The notes beneath the pieces are model-generated. The model made no database searches. It was given only the letters and a program-made list of their open reading frames with translations, and was not told the origin of the DNA. 41,685 nt of DNA from Oscillospiraceae bacterium. Lineage in GTDB: Bacteria; Bacillota; Clostridia; Oscillospirales; UBA929. The stretch is taken from positions 1 to 41,685 of the forward strand of contig JAISVI010000060.1 of assembly GCA_031271665.1 (NCBI GenBank). Direction: 5' to 3'. Positions 26,893 through 34,327 of the stretch are shown here, piece after piece (positions within the stretch are counted from its first letter, which is position 1; each line of letters begins with the position of its first letter). The translations under genes were made by a program, and so were the position numbers.

Positions 26893-26923
26893 GTTTGAAT
26901 TGATTCAAACGAAACCGCCGACG

Positions 26924-27523
26924 CTACATCTTCCCCCTTACCCGCAGAGGCAGTCCAAGGCGGCGGGCAAGGTTTTCACAGGCGGGCGCGTCGGCTTCGC
27001 CCTCTACAATACTCAAAACAACCTCGGGGATATGGGCTTTCGCTTTAGCGGCAAAATCAAGCACCGCGTCAAACGCGCCCTCGCCGTGTTCGGGGCGGCA
27101 GACGCGCGCGTAGTCCCGCGCGTTCGCGGCGTTAAGGGACACGGACGCGCAGTCGATAAGCCCGTTAAACTCCGGGGTTATGTCGCGCCCCGCGATAAGA
27201 CTTCCCTGTCCGTTTGTGTTAAGGCGCACGCGCATACCCGGCCATTCGCTTTTTATCTGTCTCGCGACACCGGTAAGCGCGTCAAGGCGCTCGGTCGGCT
27301 CGCCAAAGCCGCAGAAAACAATCTCGCCGCAGTCTGCCGCGCCCATCCGGCGCAGCGCGGCAAGCACCTCTTCCTCCTGCGGCTCGCGGTCAAGCCAAAG
27401 GCTTTCCGCCTCGCCCACCGCGCTTTGCCCCTCGCGCACGCAGAAGGCACAGCGGTTTGAACAGCGGTTTGTAAGATTGATATAAAGGTTTTTACCTACC
27501 CTGTACACCGGTTGGAATGCCAA
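26924..27523 (-). CDS. TatD-associated radical SAM protein
   Basis: NLYINLTNRCSNRCAFCVR (CxxxCxxC), LWLDREP, EIVFCGFGEP and RLNTNG motifs. Start uncertain (TTG 27523 or GTG 27508). Confidence 0.88.
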   Translation of the reverse strand: MAFQPVYRVGKNLYINLTNRCSNRCAFCVREGQSAVGEAESLWLDREPQEEEVLAALRRMGAADCGEIVFCGFGEPTERLDALTGVARQIKSEWPGMRVRLNTNGQGSLIAGRDITPEFNGLIDCASVSLNAANARDYARVCRPEHGEGAFDAVLDFAAKAKAHIPEVVLSIVEGEADAPACENLARRLGLPLRVRGKM

Positions 27524-28274
27524 AAAAACCGACCCCGTTTTGAAAAGTAATTTCCGCCGCCTCGTCCGCGCCGACTCCCCAAATCCCCGCAAGCGTTTCC
27601 GTCACGGCGGTAAGCATGGTCGAGTCGCTGCGCGCCCCGCGCCACGGCTGCGGCGCGAGATAGGGCGCGTCCGTCTCGATCATCACGCGCCCGCGCGGCA
27701 CCGCCGTTGCCGCCTCGCGCACCCGACGGGCGTTCGGAAAGGTGATTACGCCGGTAAAGCTTATATACCAGCCCTTTTTGACAAGCTCCCGCGCCATCTC
27801 GGCGCTTCCCGAAAAGCAGTGGAAAACACCGCGCAGCCCCGGAAAGTCGTCTATCGCGCGAAGCGAGTCCGCGTGGGCGTCGCGGTCATGGAAGATCACC
27901 GGGACGTTATGGGCCGCCGCAAGCTGTAACTGCGCGTACAGCGCCCTTTTCTGAACGTCGCGTCCCGGGGTGTCGTAATGGTAGTCAAATCCGACCTCGC
28001 CCAGCGCGACGCATTTTTTGTCTTTAAGCATGGCGGAAAGCATATCGGCGGCGTTTGCGTCAAGGGTGTCGGCGCTTCCGGGATGGACGCCGCAGGCGGC
28101 CCAGACATGGGCAAACTCCCCCGCAAGGGCAACCGCCCTGCGCGAGGAGTCTATGTCGCTGCCGGGATTAAGCACAAGCTCTACCCCCTTAGAGGGCAGC
28201 GAAAGGAGAATCTCCTTCCTGTCGGCGTCAAAGCGCGCGTCGTCGTAATGGGCGTGCGTGTCAAAGAAGCGCAT
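27492..28274 (-). CDS. tatD: TatD-family deoxyribonuclease
   Basis: DTHAH, GVHP, GEVGFDY, HDRDAH, HCFSG and ETDAPYLAP motifs. Confidence 0.95.
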   Translation of the reverse strand: MRFFDTHAHYDDARFDADRKEILLSLPSKGVELVLNPGSDIDSSRRAVALAGEFAHVWAACGVHPGSADTLDANAADMLSAMLKDKKCVALGEVGFDYHYDTPGRDVQKRALYAQLQLAAAHNVPVIFHDRDAHADSLRAIDDFPGLRGVFHCFSGSAEMARELVKKGWYISFTGVITFPNARRVREAATAVPRGRVMIETDAPYLAPQPWRGARSDSTMLTAVTETLAGIWGVGADEAAEITFQNGVGFFGIPTGVQGR

Positions 28275-29127
28275 CGCCGCCCTCGCTTTCGGCGTCCGCC
28301 CTGCCTTGCTTCGCCGCGCCCTTCAGAACCGTCACTTCGCTTTTATGAAAGGTTTTTACCGGCATGTCCGGCGCGGCGTCAAGCCGTACGCTTAACTGCC
28401 CGCGCAGAAGCGATACCCCGGTCACAGTCCCCTTCCCCTGCGGTGTGCGCACAACGGAGTCCGCGCGCGGGGTGTTGGCAAGCAGATCCTCATACGCGTC
28501 CTGCTCGTATTTAAGACAGCACATAAGCCTTCCGCAGGTGCCGGAAATCTTGGTGGGGTTAAGGGAAAGGCTTTGCTCCTTGGCCATTTTAATGGATACG
28601 GGCTGGAACTCGTCAAGGAAGCTTGCGCAGCAGAAGGGTCTTCCGCATACGCCAAGACCGCCAAGCAGCTTGGCCTCGTCGCGTACGCCCACCTGCCTAA
28701 GCTCTATGCGCGTACGGAACACCTGGGCCAAATCCCGCACAAGATCGCGGAAATCAACGCGCCCGTCTGCGGTAAAGAAGAACACTATCTTAGAGCTGTC
28801 AAAGGTGTATTCCACCGTGACAAGCTTCATCTGAAGGCCGTGTTCGCCAATCTTTTTAAGGAATATTCCGGCGGCCTGCTCTTCCTTCTGCTCGTTTTTG
28901 CGCAGAGTTTCCATGTCTTCGGGCGTGGCGATGCGGATTATCTTTCTAAGCGGCGGCACGATTTTCTCGTCCTCGACTTCCCGGCGGGTCATAACGCATT
29001 CGCCGAACTCAAGGCCGCGCTGGGTGTCGGCGATAACTTCCGTACCCTTGCGCAGATCATGTTTTCCCGGGTCAAAGTAATATACGCGCCCGACCTTGCG
29101 GAACCGGACGCCGACAACGGTGGTCAA
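28261..29127 (-). CDS. yaaT: PSP1-domain stage 0 sporulation protein YaaT/RicT
   Basis: FTADGRVDFRDLV, RIELRQVGVRDEA, CGRPFCC and ISGTCGRLMCCLKYE motifs. Confidence 0.95.
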   Translation of the reverse strand: MTTVVGVRFRKVGRVYYFDPGKHDLRKGTEVIADTQRGLEFGECVMTRREVEDEKIVPPLRKIIRIATPEDMETLRKNEQKEEQAAGIFLKKIGEHGLQMKLVTVEYTFDSSKIVFFFTADGRVDFRDLVRDLAQVFRTRIELRQVGVRDEAKLLGGLGVCGRPFCCASFLDEFQPVSIKMAKEQSLSLNPTKISGTCGRLMCCLKYEQDAYEDLLANTPRADSVVRTPQGKGTVTGVSLLRGQLSVRLDAAPDMPVKTFHKSEVTVLKGAAKQGRADAESEGGDALL

Positions 29128-29143
29128 CAGTTTTCCCCCTTAG

Positions 29144-29214
29144 GGATAATTGACAATTGACAATTGTTTCTGCCAACTATTAATCGTCCATTGTCAATTG
29201 TCCATTGTCAATTG
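29144..29214. repeat. Heptamer repeats in two inverted arms at the holB/yaaT junction
   Basis: GGATAAT TGACAAT TGACAAT ... ATCGTCC ATTGTCA ATTGTCC ATTGTCA ATTG. Confidence 0.88.
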
Positions 29215-29931
29215 ACTTAACAGGTGTGCGCAGGCGGCGGGAACGGCGACATTGCGTTCCTGCTCGTCAAGAAGCTTTGTTACGGTATCCGCGAGTGTGT
29301 CCAGAATGGCGGAAGGGGTCTGCGCCAACGCCTTGGCGGTGTGGGTCAGAAGGCTTTCCAAAAAAAGCGCGAACTCCTCGCGGGAGAGCCTTGTAAGCCC
29401 CATGACCGCGGCGCAGACAGCAAGCTCACCCGGCGCGCCCGGCATTTGGTTAAGCGCCGAGATAAGCTCCTTTGCCTGCTTGTCCGTTTCGGGATTTATG
29501 CCCGCCGCCGCCCCGGAGGGCGGCATACGGTGCAGGGCGCAGCGGCTTCGCACCGTGGGCAGAAGCCCCTCGGCCTTTGAGGCAAGAAGGATAAAAAGCA
29601 CGTACGGCGGCGGCTCTTCGATGATTTTCAAAAGCGCGTTCTGCGATATTTCGCTAAGGCCGTCCGCACTTTTGATAAGGAATACGCGCCACGGCGTTAA
29701 AAGCGGGCGGGTAAACGCCTGGGCGCGCATGTGACGTACGCGCTCGGCCTGATCCTTCGTGTCCGCGCCGTCAAGCTCGTACAAATCCGGATGCCCTGTC
29801 TCCGTTAAGAGCGCGATGTCAACTCCAAGCCGCTTCGCGGCAAGCTTCCGCCCGTCTTCCGGAAGCCCGCCCTCAAGGATAAGCGCCTGTACGTCAATAA
29901 GGGCGCTAGAATTTATGGAAGCCTTCGACAT
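29194..29931 (-). CDS. holB: DNA polymerase III delta-prime subunit (short, divergent)
   Basis: HPDL, SQNALLKIIEEPP and LLPTVRSRC motifs; darA-holB-yaaT synteny. Start uncertain. Confidence 0.82.
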   Translation of the reverse strand: MSKASINSSALIDVQALILEGGLPEDGRKLAAKRLGVDIALLTETGHPDLYELDGADTKDQAERVRHMRAQAFTRPLLTPWRVFLIKSADGLSEISQNALLKIIEEPPPYVLFILLASKAEGLLPTVRSRCALHRMPPSGAAAGINPETDKQAKELISALNQMPGAPGELAVCAAVMGLTRLSREEFALFLESLLTHTAKALAQTPSAILDTLADTVTKLLDEQERNVAVPAACAHLLSQLTMDN

Positions 29932-30229
29932 TAAGGACAAAGACGGTCGCGCCGCCGACGGTGATTTCCACGGGCATGGCGGAGTAATAGCCAAGGCCCA
30001 TCTCGCTTGTTGTCGGAACGACCTGACGGCGGGAATTGCTGTATTTTTCGATGCACTCCAGCGCGCCCTTCAGCTTGTCGTCCTCAAGGCCAAGGATCAC
30101 CGTGACGTTGCCGGACTGAAGAAACCCGCCGGTAGTGGCAAGCTTCGTAACGGGGTATCCGCCCTCGGTAAGCTTCTTTATAACGGTGTGCGCGTCGTCA
30201 TGGTTAAGTATCGCAAGCAGCAGCTTCAC
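29906..30229 (-). CDS. darA: c-di-AMP receptor DarA/PstA (PII-like, YaaQ)
   Basis: MKLLLAIL...D, TKLATTGGFLQSGNVT and VGGATVFVLNVE motifs. Confidence 0.93.
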   Translation of the reverse strand: MKLLLAILNHDDAHTVIKKLTEGGYPVTKLATTGGFLQSGNVTVILGLEDDKLKGALECIEKYSNSRRQVVPTTSEMGLGYYSAMPVEITVGGATVFVLNVEGFHKF

Positions 30230-31575
30230 AGAATCTCCTCCTTAATTACGCTTATAGAGAAATCCGCCTCTCCCCCATCATAACACAGTTCACGAAGGAT
30301 TGCGATATGTTTTTTGTCGATTTTTTCTCCCGGCGCGACAAGGGGAACGCCGGGAGGGTACGGTGCAAGCGGCTCGGCCGCTACGCGCCCCGCCGCCTTT
30401 TCAAGCCTTATCTGCTCGCGGGGGGCGAAAAACGCCTCGCGCGGGCAAAGAACAGTTTCGGGCAGCGGAAGGGGCGCAAGAGTCCCCGTGCCGCCCAAAC
30501 TGCCCGGCGATACCGCGCCTATGGCGGCGCGCAGAGCTTTCCGGCTTTCCGGCGTGTCGTTTGGACTAAGTATAAAAACGATGTTCTTATCGTCCGCCAT
30601 CTCGCACATAACGCCGAAATCTTCCGCGATCCTAAGCGCGTCGCGGTATCCGCAGCCCGTATACAGGCAAAGCCGCGCCGCGTCAATCTTGATGCTCGCT
30701 TTTGGTTGCGCGTTGTGAGTTAAAGACAAAACCGACCCAAATTCCCGCCGCAGGCTTTCCGCGAAGCCGCCAACCTCCGCCCAGCGCTCTTTGCCGTCCC
30801 GCTCAAGCGCCGAAAAAGCGCCGTCCATAGAGGCAAGCATCGGGTATGACGGCGAGGATGTGCCGAACACCGAGGTCATATAACGCGCGCGCGGCGCGTC
30901 ACGGGCGTCCGACAAAAGCATAAAGGCCGCCTGCCCCAGCGCGGGCAGCGTCTTATGCGCCGAGCATACGGCAATCCGCGCGCCGTGAAGCGGGCTTTGC
31001 CCGCCCGGCAGGAACATAAGGTGCGCGCCGTGCGCCGCGTCAGCGATAACCGGGATTTCACGCCCGCTCTCCGTGCGCCACGCGCGGTCTTCCGAAAGCA
31101 CACCGTAGTATGTCGGACAGGTGAGAAAGACGCAGGCAATGTCCTCCGGCAGGGGGCGGGGCGTAAGCGCCGCGCTTATGCCGAACGGAGCAAGCCGTTC
31201 GCGCGTAAGGTAAAGCGGACGAAGGCCGAGCATGGCCAGCGCGTGAAGCGCGCTTTTGTGGCAGTTCCTGTCAAGCGCGACCGTGTCCCCGGGTTTAGTA
31301 AGCGCCGCAAGCGCGGCGAAAACCCCTTGGGTCGCGCCGCCCGTAAGGAAAAGCGCGGCCTGCGCGCCGTAAAGCCGGGCGCACCGCGCCTCGGCCATAC
31401 GGATATGGCCGTTTTGCTCGGTGTAAAGGCTCCCAGTTTCCCCAAGCTCGGTGAAGTCTATGCGCGCCGCGCCGTCAAACGGCGGCGGAAGGACGCCCTT
31501 ATGCCCCGGCATGTGGAACCGGTGCGTCCCCCGCGCCGCCAGTTCCCCAAGCGCGGCGGCAAGCGAATGCGTCAT
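30226..31575 (-). CDS. Orn/Lys/Arg decarboxylase (YaaO/SpeA-like)
   Basis: FHMPGHKG, RNCHKS, PTYYG, DAAHGAH, SAHKTL (PLP Lys), TSSPSY and PYPPGVP motifs. Confidence 0.9.
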   Translation of the reverse strand: MTHSLAAALGELAARGTHRFHMPGHKGVLPPPFDGAARIDFTELGETGSLYTEQNGHIRMAEARCARLYGAQAALFLTGGATQGVFAALAALTKPGDTVALDRNCHKSALHALAMLGLRPLYLTRERLAPFGISAALTPRPLPEDIACVFLTCPTYYGVLSEDRAWRTESGREIPVIADAAHGAHLMFLPGGQSPLHGARIAVCSAHKTLPALGQAAFMLLSDARDAPRARYMTSVFGTSSPSYPMLASMDGAFSALERDGKERWAEVGGFAESLRREFGSVLSLTHNAQPKASIKIDAARLCLYTGCGYRDALRIAEDFGVMCEMADDKNIVFILSPNDTPESRKALRAAIGAVSPGSLGGTGTLAPLPLPETVLCPREAFFAPREQIRLEKAAGRVAAEPLAPYPPGVPLVAPGEKIDKKHIAILRELCYDGGEADFSISVIKEEIL

Positions 31576-32636
31576 ATATGCCTTACGCTTGCGCAGACGC
31601 ACACAAGCGGGTCGATGTCGGCGTATACGTCCGCGCCGACCGCGATATCCGAAGAGCCAAGATTCACCGCGACAGCGTCAATGCCCGCCCGCCCCAATAC
31701 TTTAAGCTTTTTGCCGTCCGCAAGGCGCAGAACGGGCGCGCTTTCCCCGCGTATAAGCCGCGCAAGCGCTTTGGCGAACGTTGGCGGGCGTGTCTGCGCG
31801 GTTCTTCCCAGTCCGTCGGCAGTACCCATCGGGACAATTCCGGCGCGTGCCGCCTTTTTAATCGCCTTTCCGCCCAGAACCGCCCCGGCGGGCTTATGCC
31901 CCGTGTCGGTAAGACTTGCGCGCAGTTTTGCCGCCGGAACAAGCCCGGCTCTTCGCCACTCCGGCGCGCCGCCAAGGGCAACGCCGACGCGCAAGGCGTC
32001 GTACGGCTCGGTCTTAGGTTCGCTTAAAAGCGCGCCGACCCCCGCCGCGTGTATCAAGCCCGTTTCAATCTTCGCCGCGCGCAGCCCCTCGACCACGCCG
32101 CCGAACGACTGCGACTGCGCGAGAAGCGCCTTGCGCGCGCCGTACGGGGCGTACTGCGTGTAAAGGCCGGTGAACGCGATACTTCCCATATAGCGGTATA
32201 CGGAGAGGATTTTATCGGGTTCGGTGTGCGAAAACCCGTAATGCCCGAACCCCGTGTCCACGCGCACATGCGCCTCGGCAACCGTTCCGCGCCGCTCGGC
32301 AAGGCCGGAAAGCGCCATTGCGGAATCCTGCCCGCCCACCGTGGCGATAACCCCAAGGTCTATTATGCGCTCTACCTCCGCGGGGTCGCAGGTCGGGCGC
32401 AGCATAAGGATGTCGATGTCCGCGAATTCCCCGGCGCGCAGCTTCTCCGCCTCGGCCGTATCGCCGACCGCGAAGAACCGTACCCCCTCTTCGTAAAGGA
32501 ACTTCGCCGTCGGCACAAGCCCCAGACCGTACGCGTTATGCGCAAGCACGCCGATCAGGGCGCGCCCCCCGGCCCTTTCCCGGATAATCCCAAGATTATT
32601 TTTAAGCGCGGCCCTTGACACAACCAATTCCGTCAT
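31572..32636 (-). CDS. Alanine racemase-fold protein lacking the canonical catalytic residues
   Basis: ALKNN, NAYGLG, HVRVDTG, G.ADG and VLGR give the Alr fold, but VVKANAY reads VLAHNAY. Confidence 0.8.
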   Translation of the reverse strand: MTELVVSRAALKNNLGIIRERAGGRALIGVLAHNAYGLGLVPTAKFLYEEGVRFFAVGDTAEAEKLRAGEFADIDILMLRPTCDPAEVERIIDLGVIATVGGQDSAMALSGLAERRGTVAEAHVRVDTGFGHYGFSHTEPDKILSVYRYMGSIAFTGLYTQYAPYGARKALLAQSQSFGGVVEGLRAAKIETGLIHAAGVGALLSEPKTEPYDALRVGVALGGAPEWRRAGLVPAAKLRASLTDTGHKPAGAVLGGKAIKKAARAGIVPMGTADGLGRTAQTRPPTFAKALARLIRGESAPVLRLADGKKLKVLGRAGIDAVAVNLGSSDIAVGADVYADIDPLVCVCASVRHI

Positions 32637-33229
32637 TCAAGACACCCTCCTTTCGCGGCGTAATAACAATCCTTCTGCCATTCTTCAGGATTTTTGGCGA
32701 TATACTCGCAGATTCTTCTATATACGGATTTGTTTCTGACAACGTAATCATGGTAAGCTCTTTGGAACAATTTAAATCCGCATTCTTTATGTATATAGCG
32801 TTTCAATGTGGATACAAACGCGGGAATTGTATCGTTTGCGCGGGAACGCGTCCACGCTGCCTCATTTATAGGCCTTAAATCTTCTTTATTGTTGGCAAGA
32901 TGTACGCGAAGTAAGATGTGGAGGTGATTGGGCATAACAACATACTTCTTAATAACAATATTCGCATAATGACTTCCGACAATCGCGATGTATTTATCGG
33001 CAATACGACCATACTCAGACAAACGAACATACGGGGCTTCTTTGGGAAACGGCGGGACGTCGAGGACGCCTTGAGTGGGCGGGACGTCGAGGACGCCGTC
33101 CCCTACAACTTCGCCCAACATCTCATGTCTTCCTTCGACGCAGATCGTAATGAAGTAGACACCGGTATTTGAGTAACAGAAATCTTCTAACCGTATTTGT
33201 TTCCTGACGGGCAGTTCCTTCATCGACAA
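32633..33229 (-). CDS. REP-associated tyrosine transposase (RAYT, HUH/Y1)
   Basis: RKQIRL...YSNTGVYFITIC, YVVMPNHLH, FQRAYHDYVVRN and YIAKNP..W motifs; GTAG REPs inside and upstream. Confidence 0.9.
   Translation of the reverse strand: MSMKELPVRKQIRLEDFCYSNTGVYFITICVEGRHEMLGEVVGDGVLDVPPTQGVLDVPPFPKEAPYVRLSEYGRIADKYIAIVGSHYANIVIKKYVVMPNHLHILLRVHLANNKEDLRPINEAAWTRSRANDTIPAFVSTLKRYIHKECGFKLFQRAYHDYVVRNKSVYRRICEYIAKNPEEWQKDCYYAAKGGCLE
33045..33109 (-). repeat. GTAG-family REP (one full and one partial copy) inside the RAYT ORF
   Basis: GTAGGGGACGGCGTCCTCGACGTCCCG on the minus strand at 33080-33106, plus a partial copy at 33045-33070. Confidence 0.9.
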
Positions 33230-33280
33230 CTATAGTCCCTCCCGCGTGAACGCGCCTCTTTTTTGCAGACCTTTGGGATC

Positions 33281-33318
33281 GTTGTAGGGGACGGCGTCCT
33301 CGACGTCCCGCCGTTTCC
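33281..33318 (+). repeat. GTAG-family REP upstream of the RAYT
   Basis: 33281-33312 is a perfect 32-bp inverted copy of 33078-33109. Confidence 0.9.
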
Positions 33319-33343
33319 TCTACGCCTCCGCTACACTGCCTTC

Positions 33344-34327
33344 TTACCCCTTTGCCGTGAAGTCAAACGGCGGTCTGATTATCCCGCGCTCGGTGACAAG
33401 CGCGGTGATAAGCGCCGCGTCCGTGACGTCGAAGGCGGGGTTTCTTACCTTCACGCCCTCCGGGGCAAGGCGCGAAGAATACATAAGCGTGGTCACCTCA
33501 TCCGCGCCGCGCTCTTCTATTACGATGTCAGACCCGGACGCGCAGTCCGCGTCAATGCTTGAAAACGGCGCGCAGACATAGAAAGGTATGCCGAAATGTT
33601 TGGCAAGCACCGCAAGGGTAAGCGTGCCGATTTTGTTTGCCGTGTCGCCGTTGGCGGCAACGCGGTCCGCGCCGGTGAACACCGCGCCGACGCGCCCCTC
33701 TTTCATCATCGCCCCGGCCATGCCGTCGCATATAAGCGTCACGTCCGCGCCGCTTCGCATAAGCTCGAAAGCGGTAAGCCGCGCGCCCTGAAGCAGGGGG
33801 CGCGTTTCGTCACAGTAGATTTTAAGGCCGTAGCCCCGGCTGTTGGCAAGGTAAATCGGCGCGAGCGCCGTGCCGTACTCCGCCGCCGCCAGCGCGCCCG
33901 CGTTGCAGTGCGTAAGCACGCCCATGCCGGGAGAAAGCAGGGAAACGCCGTGTTCGCCTATGGCGCGGCAGGCCGCGCGGTCCTCTTCCTCTATGGCGCG
34001 CGCCTCGCAAAGCAGTTCCCGCGCGCCGCCGCCGTTTTTCCATACGGAAAGCATACGTTTAAGCGCCGCGCGCAGATTGACCGCCGTGGGGCGCGCCGAA
34101 TCCAGATACGCGGCGACCTCCCCGGCCTTGTCGGGCGAAGCCTTCGCGCCCATATAAAACCCATAGGCCGCCGCCGCGCCGATGGCGGGCGCGCCGCGAA
34201 CGCTAAGGGTTTTGATCGCCCCGTAAACATCCTCGGGCGTCCTTAGCGTAAGATACACTTCCTCGCCGGGCAGGCGCGTCTGGTCAAGTATGGTAAGCGC
34301 GCCGTCCTGAAAGCGGTATGTGAACAT
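33344..34327 (-). CDS. mtnA: Methylthioribose-1-phosphate isomerase
   Basis: LDQTRLP, VRGAPAIG, RPTAVNL, LTHCNAG, ETRPLLQGARLT, ANKIGT and NPAFDVT motifs. Confidence 0.95.
   Translation of the reverse strand: MFTYRFQDGALTILDQTRLPGEEVYLTLRTPEDVYGAIKTLSVRGAPAIGAAAAYGFYMGAKASPDKAGEVAAYLDSARPTAVNLRAALKRMLSVWKNGGGARELLCEARAIEEEDRAACRAIGEHGVSLLSPGMGVLTHCNAGALAAAEYGTALAPIYLANSRGYGLKIYCDETRPLLQGARLTAFELMRSGADVTLICDGMAGAMMKEGRVGAVFTGADRVAANGDTANKIGTLTLAVLAKHFGIPFYVCAPFSSIDADCASGSDIVIEERGADEVTTLMYSSRLAPEGVKVRNPAFDVTDAALITALVTERGIIRPPFDFTAKG

Noticed and set aside
33263-33562. Plus-strand ORF sharing VVGDGVLDVPP with the RAYT
   Set aside because: The shared peptide is just the translated REP; the rest is antisense to mtnA.
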